42,368 bases of DNA from the NCBI GenBank assembly GCA_964543505.1, contig CAZIYQ010000001.1:1-42368 (forward strand). The letters run 5' to 3'. Shown here piece after piece: positions 24,627 to 35,394 of this stretch. The notes beneath the pieces were generated by a model. It did not search any database. It worked only from the letters and a program-made list of their open reading frames with translations, and was not told where the DNA came from. Every line of letters begins with the position of its first letter. Position 1 is the first letter of the stretch. A program made the translations under genes and the position numbers. The stretch is from an uncultured bacterium. GTDB taxonomy: Bacteria > Fidelibacterota > Marinisomatia > SCGC-AAA003-L08 > JACNLC01.

Positions 24627-25874
24627 CTACGTCGCCTCTGGGTTGATGTTCCTGAGTGCCAATATTCTCTGCAGAACGGGCGGGTGATCGTAACGCAAGA
24701 TCACGGTAAGGGGGTGAGGCGTGAGATTCCCCAGGTTGTCGGCGGATAATCTCTTTAGCCCAGTGATCATTGGATTGGGGTCTCCCATCGTGGTACCGGC
24801 AAAATGGTCCGCTGCAAATTCATGTTTGCGTGAAAAATAGTTCAGTACAAACGAGAGGAGCAACTCGACCGGTGAGTACAACAACATAGAAAGGATCAAC
24901 CCCGCGTATAGAGACATTTGCTCCATTTTGAAGGCATCAAAAAGCCCCGAATTCTTTATAAAAATTGACAGCAGATAAAAAATGACACCGGAGTGCAGAA
25001 TGCTGACGATCAATCCTTTGAGAATGTGCTTTTTTTTGGAATGCCCCACCTCATGGGCCAGGATGGCCACGATTTCAGCATTGCTGTGTTTGGAGATTAA
25101 AGTGTCGAAAAGAACAATCCGGCGGAATTTTCCGAAGCCGGTAAAATATGCGTTTGAATGAGTACTGCGTTTGGAGGCATCCATCACAAACACACCCGCG
25201 ATGGGGAAATTTACCTTTTTTAGGTAAGCCCGGATCGCATCCCATAATTCACCCTCGGAGAGAGGGGTAAACTTGTTGAACCAAGGTGCAATGAAATGGA
25301 TATATAAGGGTTGAAGCAGCACTGTAAATGCCGTCGTGACAAGCCAGGCCAGCAGCCAGGCAATGTCTCCAAATACCTCGAAAAAATAAAGGACAGCTCC
25401 CAACAGTAGCGATCCGAATAGAATCACCAGAACATAGGACTTCAATTTATCCAGTATGAAGATGCGGGGAGTAAGTTTGTTAAAACCATATTTCTCCTCG
25501 ATGACAAAATGGCCATAGAGGGAAAATGGGGTTGAAATTAAATCCCAGATGATGAACAACAGACCGAAATAAAGCAGTCCGGTAATAAGCTCCGAAAAGT
25601 GAAAATGGCGAACAAACCTGTCGAGATAATTAAACCCCCCGGCGAGGATAAAAACGATTGTGACAATCAAATTAAAGCTCGACGCGATAAATCCAAAGCC
25701 TAGCTTTGTACGGGTATATTCCTGTGAGGTCCGGTATTTTTTGCCGTCATAGTATTCTTCAAATTCCTGAGGCAATTCCGTGCTCAGGGCTTTGAGATCC
25801 AGATAGCCCGACAGGACCCCCAAAACGAAACCCGTCAGCAAGGCCAATAGGATGATGCCCAAATATAGGTTCAT
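24627..25874 (-). CDS. M48-family zinc metalloprotease (Ste24/HtpX-like) with N-terminal multi-TM domain
   Basis: ILAHEVGHSKKKH (HExxH), a downstream E in HEFAADHF, and about 7 TM segments. Confidence 0.88.
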   Translation of the reverse strand: MNLYLGIILLALLTGFVLGVLSGYLDLKALSTELPQEFEEYYDGKKYRTSQEYTRTKLGFGFIASSFNLIVTIVFILAGGFNYLDRFVRHFHFSELITGLLYFGLLFIIWDLISTPFSLYGHFVIEEKYGFNKLTPRIFILDKLKSYVLVILFGSLLLGAVLYFFEVFGDIAWLLAWLVTTAFTVLLQPLYIHFIAPWFNKFTPLSEGELWDAIRAYLKKVNFPIAGVFVMDASKRSTHSNAYFTGFGKFRRIVLFDTLISKHSNAEIVAILAHEVGHSKKKHILKGLIVSILHSGVIFYLLSIFIKNSGLFDAFKMEQMSLYAGLILSMLLYSPVELLLSFVLNYFSRKHEFAADHFAGTTMGDPNPMITGLKRLSADNLGNLTPHPLTVILRYDHPPVLQRILALRNINPEAT

Positions 25875-25878
25875 ATCT

Positions 25879-26145
25879 TCATCCCAAATTATAATGCTTG
25901 CGGATCGGTTTCAGTACGGACCAGCGGCATTCAAAGCCTCGCGGGAATTCAACATAATCGCCGGCTTTGATTCGGATGATGCCATCCTTCGTGGTGAGTT
26001 CCGCCTCACCTTCGAGGATCAGGCAGGTCTCTCTTTCGTCATATTCCCAATCAAATTCGGAGACCTCACAACTCCATATTGACCAACTGCGGATTTTCTT
26101 TTCTTCAATTTCCTGTTCGGCTAGTTGTTTGACAATTATCTCCAT
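25879..26145 (-). CDS. Small cupin-domain protein (DUF861/cupin_3-like)
   Basis: 88 aa. WSCEVSEFDWEYDERETCLILEGEAELT..G..IRIKAGDYVEFPRGFECRWSVLKPIRKHY has the cupin_3 pattern. Confidence 0.7.
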   Translation of the reverse strand: MEIIVKQLAEQEIEEKKIRSWSIWSCEVSEFDWEYDERETCLILEGEAELTTKDGIIRIKAGDYVEFPRGFECRWSVLKPIRKHYNLG

Positions 26146-26155
26146 ACTTTTTCCT

Positions 26156-26773
26156 TTATAGTTGAAGTCCCGTTATCTGTTCGATAAATCTCAAGGTGTG
26201 TTCATAATCACGGTGCAGGTGAGAGATGAATCCCAGTTTTCTGGCAGCCAAAACATGTCTGTTGGTATCATCGATAAAAACGGATTGTGAAGCCACAGCC
26301 CGGGACTGCTCCAGGGCAAACTGAAAAATACGGGGGTGGGGCTTGGGCACACCGGCTGCCTGAGAGGTTATGAACCCATGAGGGGTCTGTAGAAAGGGAA
26401 ACTGTGATTTTAAAAAATCAACATGGCCGGATGTCGTATTGGATAAAACCCAGACCTGATAGTGCAAGGCAAGCTCATGGAGCAGCCCGGCGGTGGGGAG
26501 CTCGGCAATCTGATGATTTAACCAGCGAAGCCGCAGTTCTTTCAAATCGAGGGTACTTCCACCCGGGAGCGACGCTACGAGTTTGGAAAGATAGGTGTCG
26601 AAGCTGATTTCCTGTCGTTCGTAACGCATGAACAGTTCTCCGGTTACAAATTCACGGCACTGCAGGTATGGCAGCTGCAGGCGTTTTGAGATATAGTGAA
26701 TGATCGCGGACTGGTCTGTTCCCAGCAGGACACCAAAGAGGTCAAAAAACAATGTACTTATGGGGGTATTCAT
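26156..26773 (-). CDS. HAD-superfamily hydrolase (variant lacking the second motif-I Asp)
   Basis: LFFDLFGVLLG (D.FGV), SNTTSG, GVPKPHPRIF, VFIDDTNRHVLAARKLGF. Confidence 0.75.
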   Translation of the reverse strand: MNTPISTLFFDLFGVLLGTDQSAIIHYISKRLQLPYLQCREFVTGELFMRYERQEISFDTYLSKLVASLPGGSTLDLKELRLRWLNHQIAELPTAGLLHELALHYQVWVLSNTTSGHVDFLKSQFPFLQTPHGFITSQAAGVPKPHPRIFQFALEQSRAVASQSVFIDDTNRHVLAARKLGFISHLHRDYEHTLRFIEQITGLQL

Positions 26774-26824
26774 TTGTCGGGTGGGCTCACTATCATGCAG
26801 CTCTGGGCAACTGTGACAGGGCTG

Positions 26825-27601
26825 TTATGGCAGGCGACACACATAAATATGCAGATTACTGTCTTCGCTGACAGGGGTTCTTTCATAATCGCCCCAGACA
26901 GCCTCAATTTCAAATCCAGCATCGATCAGCAATCGGTTCATCGTGTCCGGCCAAAGCATGCGCATCGTAAAATCAAAAACCTCTTCACTGCCGTCTTCTG
27001 AAATGTAGTACCAGCGGATACTGTTGATTCCGGTTACGGGTTCGTATTGGTTGGTCTCTTCAATGCGGATGATCCCTCCGGATTCAGAATCGCGATATTC
27101 CATGGTTGGGTAGCGGACGCCCTCAGGGCGGTACAAAAATAATGGATTTGGAATAAAGATATCGATCATAAATCGTCCTCCGGGATTCAAATGATGCCGT
27201 ACGCAGTTTAGACATGCCATGGCATCCTCGTCATTGAGTAGATGCAGAAAGGAGTTGAATCCAATATAGATCAAATCGAATTTTTCGCCAAGCTGAAATT
27301 CCCGTATATCTCCCTGTTTGATTTTTGCCAGTTCTCCGAAGATAGACAATTTGTGTCGGGCCTGGTCGCAAAACTCGTGTGAAATTTCAATTCCGGTGTA
27401 GTCGGCACCTTCCTTTAAGAGGGGTAATCCAATCCTGCCGGTTCCCGCTGCCAATTCCAGAATTTTGTTGCCGGGTGCTTCCCTGAACATAGAGCGCCAG
27501 AAATCAATGTCATCTGTCTTCCACCAGTGTTCATCATCGTAACGTTTGGCGTCATGGTAAATGGAATTTTCATATTCTGAAAAGGAACTTCTGTCAGACA
27601 T
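26825..27601 (-). CDS. Class I SAM-dependent methyltransferase
   Basis: Motif I ILELAAGTGRIGLPL, acidic post-I residue in YTGIEIS, and FDLIYIGFNSFLHL. Confidence 0.85.
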   Translation of the reverse strand: MSDRSSFSEYENSIYHDAKRYDDEHWWKTDDIDFWRSMFREAPGNKILELAAGTGRIGLPLLKEGADYTGIEISHEFCDQARHKLSIFGELAKIKQGDIREFQLGEKFDLIYIGFNSFLHLLNDEDAMACLNCVRHHLNPGGRFMIDIFIPNPLFLYRPEGVRYPTMEYRDSESGGIIRIEETNQYEPVTGINSIRWYYISEDGSEEVFDFTMRMLWPDTMNRLLIDAGFEIEAVWGDYERTPVSEDSNLHIYVCRLP

Positions 27602-27612
27602 ATTGCTCCGGC

Positions 27613-28695
27613 CTATTTCAAAACCAGCATTTCTTTTGGTGAAGCATTCAGGGCTGTGCAGCCATCAGCGTGAATCCAGCAGTCATCTTCGATGCGGACA
27701 CCGCCAAATCCTCCAATATAGATCCCGGGCTCGATTGTTACCACATAATTCTCAAGCAGGGGTTTCGTGTTGGTCTCACTGACCCTGGGATAGGTATGAA
27801 CCTCAAGTCCAACGCCATGACCCGTGGAGTGGCTGAATTGTTTGCCATAGCCCGCCTTGCTGATGATGTCACGGCAGACTTTATCGAGCTCGGCTCCCGT
27901 CATTCCTGCCCTGGCCGCGGCTATCCCTGCTGTATTCGACTCAAGTACGAGATGATATATTTCCCTGTGTCGGTCCGTGGCTTCACCAATGACAACCGTC
28001 CGTGTCATGTCGGCATGATATCCATCGTAAAGTGCGCCGAAATCGAGCACCACAAAGTCGCCCTTTTCAAATTCCTTATCAGAGGGAGTCGCATGGGGCA
28101 GGGCGCTGAACTTTCCACTGGCAACAATGGTGTCGAAAGAATCTCCTTCGGCACCGTTGAGCTGGAACATGTAGGACATCTTTGCCGCTATCTTGCGTTC
28201 CACCGCACCAGCCCTGAGTTCGGGCAGAATATCAGTGAATGTTTTGTCCGTAATGGCAATCGCAGTTTTCAGAGCTTCGATTTCGGATGCATCTTTTACA
28301 GCAGCAATGACTTCTACAATATTTTGTGTCTCCACAAATTTGACAACAGCCCATTCTTTGGTCAGACCCTGATATTGACTCACCGACATATGGGCAGATT
28401 CAAAACCAAGAGGAATATCACCGGGCAGGAGGTTCAGTTTTTTTATGAATTTGGCGTAACCTGTATTATCGATGATATGGATTTCGGCGTTTTTCACCTG
28501 TGCTTTCGATTGCTCAATGTAACGTCCATCCGTGAAAAAGTGAACACCATCAGGCAGGATCAGCAGCTGACCCGCCGAACCGGTATATCCCGAAAGATAG
28601 CGCACATTGGTCAGATTGGTCACATAAAAGCCTTCAATCCCAAATTCTGAAAATCGTTTTTTTACCCTGTCGAGTCTGTTTTGAATATTATTCAT
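27613..28695 (-). CDS. pepP: Xaa-Pro aminopeptidase (M24B)
   Basis: Creatinase-like N-domain plus the metal ligands D in VVLDFGA, YHADMTRT, HSTGHGVGLEVHTYP, TIEPGIY and RIEDD. Confidence 0.88.
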   Translation of the reverse strand: MNNIQNRLDRVKKRFSEFGIEGFYVTNLTNVRYLSGYTGSAGQLLILPDGVHFFTDGRYIEQSKAQVKNAEIHIIDNTGYAKFIKKLNLLPGDIPLGFESAHMSVSQYQGLTKEWAVVKFVETQNIVEVIAAVKDASEIEALKTAIAITDKTFTDILPELRAGAVERKIAAKMSYMFQLNGAEGDSFDTIVASGKFSALPHATPSDKEFEKGDFVVLDFGALYDGYHADMTRTVVIGEATDRHREIYHLVLESNTAGIAAARAGMTGAELDKVCRDIISKAGYGKQFSHSTGHGVGLEVHTYPRVSETNTKPLLENYVVTIEPGIYIGGFGGVRIEDDCWIHADGCTALNASPKEMLVLK

Positions 28696-29383
28696 TATTT
28701 AATTCCTGTTCTGCCATAAGCTTATCAATTCGTTTGCGATCTTTTGAAATACGTTCGGGATTCCCCCCTTTTTCTTCGATGAGATTTAGAATTTCCCGAG
28801 CCTGCAGATAATTTTCCTGCTTAATGAAGACCTCCGCCAAAGTGAAGGTCGCCATGCGGGAATTCACTTTAATATAGTTATCAGTGGATGCGGGAGGGGG
28901 TTCAATTTGGGCAGAGCGGGTTTCTGCTGCCCGTGCCTCTGCTGTTTCAGTAGCTAGTTTTTCCGGTTCGTCGGCCCGGCCTTTATTTTCCCCTAACCAC
29001 TTTAGACACTCTGCATCATCAGGATAAATGCTTAATAAATGTTCTACAGTGGTCTGCACTGTATTTTTGCTGCGGCCTAAGGCAATCTGCACATGTATAA
29101 GGAGCCTCAAGGCAAAAATATGTACGGGGTTTCCTCTCGCAACAATTTTAAGGAGTTTTTCGGCCTCAGCAAGATTTTTGTCCACCAATTCAATTTTAGA
29201 AAGAATGAAAGTCCCGTCAACAGAATCAGGATGTTTGTCCAAGCCTATTTCACAGACCCCTCTGGCATGCTCAAAATCTTTTTGTCTGTAATACAACTCT
29301 GCCAACACGGGAAATATGGGAGTATCACCATGCTCTGCAAAATAATTTTCCATTTCAACAATATCGTTCAGATTCAAACTCAT
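28688..29383 (-). CDS. TPR-like hypothetical protein
   Basis: 231-aa ORF locked between neighbours by 8-nt and 4-nt overlaps. It has TPR-like helices ([27 protein letters not shown]; [18 protein letters not shown]) separated by a low-complexity acidic/Ala linker. Confidence 0.55.
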   Translation of the reverse strand: MSLNLNDIVEMENYFAEHGDTPIFPVLAELYYRQKDFEHARGVCEIGLDKHPDSVDGTFILSKIELVDKNLAEAEKLLKIVARGNPVHIFALRLLIHVQIALGRSKNTVQTTVEHLLSIYPDDAECLKWLGENKGRADEPEKLATETAEARAAETRSAQIEPPPASTDNYIKVNSRMATFTLAEVFIKQENYLQAREILNLIEEKGGNPERISKDRKRIDKLMAEQELNNE

Positions 29384-30942
29384 AACGGTATATTCCCATG
29401 TTTCTTTTTTGGATTCGTATCTACTTTAGTGGCAAACAGATCCAAACCACTGATGAGTCGATCACGTGTCTCGTGGGGTTCGATCACATCATCAATATAT
29501 CCCCGCTCGGCGGCAACGTAAGGATTCGCAAATTTTTCCCGGTATTTTTCAGTCAATGCATCCATCTCTGCCGTGGGGTCTTTTGCACCGGCAAGTTCTT
29601 TCCGCCAAATGATCTCCACAGCACCTTTGGGTCCCATTACGGCAATTTCGGCCGTTGGCCAGGCAAAATTTAAATCCCCCCGAATGTGTTTTGAAGACAT
29701 GACATCGTAAGCCCCGCCATAGGCTTTGCGGGTGATCACCGTCAACTTGGGAACCGTACATTCGGCATAGGCATACAGCAATTTTGCACCATTTCTGATG
29801 ATGCCGCCCCACTCCTGATCTGTACCAGGCAGAAAGCCGGGGACATCCACGAAAGTTATTAAGGAGATGTTAAAAGCATCGCAAAATCGCACAAACCGGG
29901 CGGCCTTCTGCGATGATTTAATATCCAGAACACCGGCAAGGTATGCGGGCTGGTTGGCGACTACGCCCACCGAACGGCCCCCGAGGCGTGCAAATCCGCA
30001 GAGGATGTTCCGGGCAAAATCCGCATGGACTTCAAAAAAGGAGTCACGGTCCATTACCATCGAGATGACCTTTTGCATGTCGTAAGGTTTGTTGGGATTC
30101 ATGGGCACCAGGTCGTCAATACTGCCAACGCCATCTGTATTGGGTGCTTGTGGTTTGATCCGGGGCGGCAGCTCCATGTTATTGAGGGGCAGATAGGTCA
30201 TCAATTTGCGGATGCCCGTGAGAACCTGCACTTCATTTTCACAGGCAAAGTGTGCAACCCCCGATTTTTCAGCATGAGTATTGGCTCCTCCCAGATCTTC
30301 CATGGAGACTTCTTCGTGTGTGACCGTTTTAACCACATTCGGTCCCGTGACAAACATGTGGCTGGTCTTCCTGGCCATGAACACAAAATCGGTGATGGCG
30401 GGTGAATACACGGCCCCTCCGGCACAAGGTCCGAGGATGGCCGAGATCTGCGGCACTACTCCTGAGGCCAGTGTATTGCGCAGAAATATATCAGCATAGC
30501 CTGCGAGGCTCACGACACCCTCCTGAATTCTGGCCCCACCCGAATCATTCAAACCGATAACCGGGACCCCGACTTTTAAGGCAAGATCCATAATTTTGCA
30601 GATTTTTTCAGCAAAGGCCTGGGAGAGTGAGCCGCCAAAAATAGTAAAGTCCTGGGAAAATACGAATACCTTTCGGCCATGGATAAGCCCATAGCCTGTG
30701 ACCACACCATCGGTGGCGAATTTTTTCTTTTCCATGCCGAAATCGTGATTGCGATGTTTCACAAACATATCCATTTCCACAAAGGAATTTTTATCCAGCA
30801 GAATATCCAGTCGCTCCCTGGCCGTCAACTTACCTTTGTCATGCTGGCGTTTGAGCCGTTCTTCACCTCCGGCAACACTGGCCTCGGCCCGTTTTTTTAC
30901 GAGCGTCTCCAGCAGCTGGCGTGCTCTATTTGTGGTGTTCAT
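29380..30942 (-). CDS. Acyl-CoA carboxylase carboxyltransferase subunit (propionyl-CoA carboxylase beta / methylmalonyl-CoA decarboxylase alpha family)
   Basis: The whole length matches the PccB/MmdA family: [84 protein letters not shown]. The start is set at the ATG at 30942 (MNTTNRAR); the ORF extends to 30996. Confidence 0.88.
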   Translation of the reverse strand: MNTTNRARQLLETLVKKRAEASVAGGEERLKRQHDKGKLTARERLDILLDKNSFVEMDMFVKHRNHDFGMEKKKFATDGVVTGYGLIHGRKVFVFSQDFTIFGGSLSQAFAEKICKIMDLALKVGVPVIGLNDSGGARIQEGVVSLAGYADIFLRNTLASGVVPQISAILGPCAGGAVYSPAITDFVFMARKTSHMFVTGPNVVKTVTHEEVSMEDLGGANTHAEKSGVAHFACENEVQVLTGIRKLMTYLPLNNMELPPRIKPQAPNTDGVGSIDDLVPMNPNKPYDMQKVISMVMDRDSFFEVHADFARNILCGFARLGGRSVGVVANQPAYLAGVLDIKSSQKAARFVRFCDAFNISLITFVDVPGFLPGTDQEWGGIIRNGAKLLYAYAECTVPKLTVITRKAYGGAYDVMSSKHIRGDLNFAWPTAEIAVMGPKGAVEIIWRKELAGAKDPTAEMDALTEKYREKFANPYVAAERGYIDDVIEPHETRDRLISGLDLFATKVDTNPKKKHGNIPL

Positions 30943-31330
30943 TGACCCAACCGGTGATATAATCCACAGTGTCCTGAATGGCGGTACCGGGACCAAACAA
31001 TTTTCCGACTCCTAAAGCATTCAGTTTTTGCATTTCCTTTTCCGGAATGATACCACCGCCGGTGAGTAAACGATCTCCGATACCATTCTCTGTCATCAGA
31101 TTTAAAACTCTGGGGAAGATGGTCATGTGGGCATTGTTCAAGCTCGAGATTGCAATAACATCGGCATCTTCCTGAACAGCGGCGGACACAATCATCTCCG
31201 GCGTCTGGCGCAAGCCCAGATAGATCACTTCCATGCCGGCATCCCGAAATGCCCTCGCCAGTATCTTAATTCCACGGTCATGCCCGTCCAAACCGGGCTT
31301 GGCCATGACAATCCGTATTTTTCTGTCCAT
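30926..31330 (-). CDS. Methylmalonyl-CoA mutase-type cobalamin-binding subunit (stand-alone B12-binding domain)
   Basis: 134 aa. [29 protein letters not shown] carries the DxHxxG B12 motif, and [10 protein letters not shown] and GGGIIP are also present. Confidence 0.85.
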   Translation of the reverse strand: MDRKIRIVMAKPGLDGHDRGIKILARAFRDAGMEVIYLGLRQTPEMIVSAAVQEDADVIAISSLNNAHMTIFPRVLNLMTENGIGDRLLTGGGIIPEKEMQKLNALGVGKLFGPGTAIQDTVDYITGWVNEHHK

Positions 31331-31332
31331 AT

Positions 31333-31779
31333 TTATTTTTCCTTGCTGTCAAGCACAATGGTTACAGGGCCTTGATTGATCAGTTGCACATCCATCATTG
31401 CACCGAAATTACCGGTTTCGACAGGCACCTGCAAATTTTTTAAACATTCGACAAAATAAGAGTACAGTTGCTTCCCGACTTTCGGAGGTGCTGCTCCGTT
31501 AAAACTGGGGCGTTTTCCTTTTTGGCAATTGGCACAGAGCGTAAACTGGCTCACCACCAGTGCTGAACCCTGTACATCCTGAAGAGATATATTCATGTTG
31601 CCTTTTTGATCAGGGAAAATTCTTAACCCCGCTATTTTTTTTGCCATATATTCGGCATCCTGCTCCGAATCATCAATGGAAACACCAAGTAAAATTAGCA
31701 GTCCTGTACCTATTGCCCCAACCGTTTCGCCCTGAACTTCGACGTTGGCTTCCGAAACCCTTTGTAAAACGGCCATCAT
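31333..31779 (-). CDS. dtd: D-aminoacyl-tRNA deacylase
   Basis: M(M)[19 protein letters not shown] and [11 protein letters not shown] motifs. The ATG at 31779 overlaps the dnaE TGA by 1 nt. Confidence 0.88.
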   Translation of the reverse strand: MMAVLQRVSEANVEVQGETVGAIGTGLLILLGVSIDDSEQDAEYMAKKIAGLRIFPDQKGNMNISLQDVQGSALVVSQFTLCANCQKGKRPSFNGAAPPKVGKQLYSYFVECLKNLQVPVETGNFGAMMDVQLINQGPVTIVLDSKEK

Positions 31780-34700
31780 CAGCTGATCCAAACATTGTCG
31801 TCTTTAACAATTTTTCTCAAGGCAGCAATGAACTCCGGTGCTGCGGAAACAGTTTTTCCCCCTGCCTTTATTCTCTGGACCGAGCCCCTTGAGCGCACCA
31901 AATGGAACACCAAACTGCAATGCCCTGCGTTTTTTCCGGCAAGATTTTCAATTGCTGTGAGAGGCTCTTTTTCGGCAATCTTCCGAGGGAGTCGGATATT
32001 GACAGTGTGGCTGAAATACTGGCGTGCATGTGTGATGGGGATGATATCATCGGCGAGCAGTTTCAAAACAGCCTCATCGCCATCGCGATTGGATCTCTTG
32101 CCTTTCACGAATACAGGGGCATCTACCTGAATGCGATCGGCTAATTTTGCATATTGCTTCGAAAATACAAAAACCTCAGCAGATCCGGTCAACCCGGTGA
32201 GAGTCAGCAGGGCCCATTGTTTGTTTTTCTTATCGATGAGTTTTTTGACAGCTGAGATGATTCCGCCCACGTGAAGTTCTTCAGGAAGTTTTGTATGCTC
32301 CCAGTGGGCCAGGTCAACATTGTTAAATTCCTTGAGATCTTCAGCAAATTTATCCAGGGGATTCCCGGAGAGATAAAATCCGATGAGCTCTTTTTCTCGA
32401 GTGAGGCATTCGGCTTCCGACCACTCTTCGGCACTCATCAGTTTGGGTTCAGACACCACATTTGAAAGGGCATTGCCGAAGAGATCCACCTGATCTTTGT
32501 TTTTTACCGAGTGAAGAGACTGTCCAAAGGAGAGGACCGACTCCAGTGATGCAAATTTCTCGGCACGGTGCCCCTCAAGCCTGTCACAGGCACCTGATAA
32601 CACGAGACACTCCAGCACTTTGCGATTCAGGATTTGCGGATTTCCAAACTTTACCAGATCGAAGACAGTTTTATAGCAGCCTTTCTCATTCCGGGCGCGG
32701 ACCAGTTCTTCGGCAGCCTTATGACCGATGTTTTTCATGGCCGAAAAGCCATAGACGATGTTTCCATCTTTGGTGGCTGTAAAATCAGCAAAGGATGTGT
32801 TCACATCGGGGGCGAGCACTTCGATGCCCATCTCCCGGGACTCGTTGATGAGTGTAACGACGCGGTCCAGTGTATCCGAATCGGAATTCATATTGGCTGC
32901 CATGAATTCGGCCGGGTAATGCACTTTCAGCCAGGCTGTTTCGTAGGCAACGATGGCATAGGCCGTTGAATGACTTTTGTTGAAGCCATACTCGGCAAAA
33001 CGTTCCAACAGGTCAAAAATTTCAACGGCTTTTTTCTGAGGGATGCCCTGCTTTTCGGCACCTGCGACAAAATCAACTTTAAAGGCGGCCATTTCCTTGG
33101 CTTTCTTTTTTCCCATGGCGCGGCGCATCCTGTCCGCCTGAGCCAGCGTAAATCCACCTACAAGAGAGGCAATCTGCATTACCTGTTCCTGGTAAACGAT
33201 GATGCCGTAAGTCTCTTTCAGGATTCCCTCGAGCTGGGGCAATTGATAGGTGATTTTGTGTGTGCCGTGTTTGCGGGCGATAAACTCCGGGATGTTTTTC
33301 ATGGGTCCGGGCCGGTACAGTGCATTCATTGCGATGAGATCGTGAATGGATGTGGGTTGTAGCTGCTTCAGATATTCCCGCATGCCCCCGGATTCAAACT
33401 GAAAAACCCCTACTGTGTGGGCTTTTGCAAAGAGTTCGAAAGTGTCCTTATCTTCGAGATCCAGATTCTCAATATCGATATCGACACCATGATTTTTCTT
33501 GATCATCCTTACGGCTTTATCGATAACAGTGAGATTGCGGAGTCCCAGAAAATCCATTTTCAAAAGACCCATATCCTCAAGCGAATCCATCTCGATTTGT
33601 GTTGTGACGTCGTTGGAGCCGGCAGGTTTGTAGAGAGGGATGTAATCCATAAGGGGTCCGGGAGCAACCAGCACGCCCGCTGCATGAGTTGAGGCATGGC
33701 GGTGCAGCCCCTCAAGTACATGCGAATATTCCATGAGCTTGCGATGTGTCTCGTCGAGTTTGGAGACTCCAGCCAACTCTTTGTTCACTTTAGTTGCCTT
33801 CGACAATGTCATCTTCAGTTCATTGGGGATCAGTTTTGCAATGCGGTCCACTTCACCATAGGGCATCCCCAAAACCCGCCCCACATCTCTGACAACGGAT
33901 TTAGCTTTCATTTTACCGAAAGTGATGATCTGACAGACAGAATCTTCGCCATACTGTTTTTTAATATAATCGATGACTTTGCCGCGGCCTTCAACGCAGA
34001 AATCAATATCGATATCGGGCATGGAGACTCTCTCCGGATTTAAAAAACGTTCGAACAGAAGGTCGTATTGGATGGGGTCTACTGTTGTAATTCCTGTGAC
34101 GTAGGCCACGATGGAACCTGCCGCAGAACCCCTGCCGGGACCCACTGGGATATGATTGGACTTGGCATATTTCACAAAATCCATTGTGATGAGGAAATAA
34201 CCCGCAAAGCCCATTGTACGGATAACATCCAGCTCATAATCCAGGCGCTGCTCGATCTGCGGTGTGATGTTCTGATATATTTCTGCAAGTCCCTTTTTAC
34301 AGATCAAACGCAGATAGTCGTCAGGGTCCTGAGTGCTGGCATCTGCCGGTATGTGGAATTTTGGCAAATGCAGTTTTCCCATGGGTATTTTCACTTCGCA
34401 CTGCTCTGCAATGACCAAAGAATTTTCCAGTGCCTGGGGTGTATCGCGAAAAAGGTCCCTCATTTCAGTGTCGGATTTTATATAAAACTGTCGCGGTACA
34501 TATCGTTGTCTCGCAGTGTCACTCATATCCGCATTTTTACCAATACAGACCAGGGCATCGTGAGCTTCCCAGTGTTCTTCCCTGGCGTAATGATTATCGT
34601 TAGTGGCCAAAAGGGGGAGAGTCAGTTCCCGGGATAATTTTTTCAGGATCACATGAGAGGCAAGCTCTTCAGGAATTGTATGATTCTGCATTTCGAGATA

Positions 34701-35225
34701 AAAGCGACCGGGGAAGATTTCGGAAAATTCAAGGGCGGCTTTCTTGGCAGCTTCATAGTCACCCCGGGCTGCATGACCAGTCACTTCTCCGGCCAGGCAG
34801 GCAGAGGAGGCAATCAGCCCCTCATTGTATTCCTTTAGCAGTTCTTTGTCCACTCTGGGGCGATAGTAAAACCCTTCCAGGTATCCCAGAGAGACGAGTT
34901 TCATGAGATTGCGATAGCCGGTGGTATTTTGAACGATGAGGATCAGGTGATGATAACCCCATTTTTTCACACCCTGCTGTTGAACCTGTTTTCTATCATG
35001 CCGGCTGCCGGCCGCAACATAAACTTCACAGCCTAATATGGGTTTAATTCCCTTTATGAGAGCCGTTTTGTAAAAAGGCAGCATGGCGAAAAGATTGCCG
35101 TGATCTGTAACAGCAATGGTGTCCATTTTAAGATCATCTAACCTCTGGCACATCTGCTCTACCGACTGAGCGGCATCCAACAGTGAAAAGTCGGTATGGT
35201 TGTGTAAGTGAACGAAATCAGACAT
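31779..35225 (-). CDS. dnaE: DNA polymerase III alpha subunit
   Basis: 1148 aa. PHP domain FVHLHNHTDFSLLDA, polymerase core GPGRGSAAGS.VAY..GIT.VDP, PDIDIDF, FNKSHS.AYA, and a C-terminal OB region. Confidence 0.95.
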   Translation of the reverse strand: MSDFVHLHNHTDFSLLDAAQSVEQMCQRLDDLKMDTIAVTDHGNLFAMLPFYKTALIKGIKPILGCEVYVAAGSRHDRKQVQQQGVKKWGYHHLILIVQNTTGYRNLMKLVSLGYLEGFYYRPRVDKELLKEYNEGLIASSACLAGEVTGHAARGDYEAAKKAALEFSEIFPGRFYLEMQNHTIPEELASHVILKKLSRELTLPLLATNDNHYAREEHWEAHDALVCIGKNADMSDTARQRYVPRQFYIKSDTEMRDLFRDTPQALENSLVIAEQCEVKIPMGKLHLPKFHIPADASTQDPDDYLRLICKKGLAEIYQNITPQIEQRLDYELDVIRTMGFAGYFLITMDFVKYAKSNHIPVGPGRGSAAGSIVAYVTGITTVDPIQYDLLFERFLNPERVSMPDIDIDFCVEGRGKVIDYIKKQYGEDSVCQIITFGKMKAKSVVRDVGRVLGMPYGEVDRIAKLIPNELKMTLSKATKVNKELAGVSKLDETHRKLMEYSHVLEGLHRHASTHAAGVLVAPGPLMDYIPLYKPAGSNDVTTQIEMDSLEDMGLLKMDFLGLRNLTVIDKAVRMIKKNHGVDIDIENLDLEDKDTFELFAKAHTVGVFQFESGGMREYLKQLQPTSIHDLIAMNALYRPGPMKNIPEFIARKHGTHKITYQLPQLEGILKETYGIIVYQEQVMQIASLVGGFTLAQADRMRRAMGKKKAKEMAAFKVDFVAGAEKQGIPQKKAVEIFDLLERFAEYGFNKSHSTAYAIVAYETAWLKVHYPAEFMAANMNSDSDTLDRVVTLINESREMGIEVLAPDVNTSFADFTATKDGNIVYGFSAMKNIGHKAAEELVRARNEKGCYKTVFDLVKFGNPQILNRKVLECLVLSGACDRLEGHRAEKFASLESVLSFGQSLHSVKNKDQVDLFGNALSNVVSEPKLMSAEEWSEAECLTREKELIGFYLSGNPLDKFAEDLKEFNNVDLAHWEHTKLPEELHVGGIISAVKKLIDKKNKQWALLTLTGLTGSAEVFVFSKQYAKLADRIQVDAPVFVKGKRSNRDGDEAVLKLLADDIIPITHARQYFSHTVNIRLPRKIAEKEPLTAIENLAGKNAGHCSLVFHLVRSRGSVQRIKAGGKTVSAAPEFIAALRKIVKDDNVWIS

Positions 35226-35394
35226 AAAATTTCAACGGATTATATTGGATTATTTTAGACATGAACTCAATTAATATCATTTTAAAATGGTTTGTAAACA
35301 GGCCTTCCGAATTTTGTACTTATCCTTGAGGACTTTAGATAATTTGCGATCCGGTAGCATATCTTCCATCCGGGTATTTCCCACGCTATGGCTT

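Noticed and set aside
27670-28650. 326-aa plus-strand ORF, the longest unexplained ORF in the track
   Set aside because: It lies entirely antisense to the pepP gene, whose translation carries all the M24 metal-ligand motifs. The plus-strand product is low-complexity with no recognisable motif, so it looks like a stop-poor antisense frame.
34068-34637. 189-aa plus-strand ORF
   Set aside because: It is antisense to the dnaE polymerase core and shows no motifs.
31779-35225. Checked dnaE for an intein or split gene
   Set aside because: It is a single 1148-aa ORF of normal length with contiguous PHP, palm/fingers and OB motifs. There is no extra insert.
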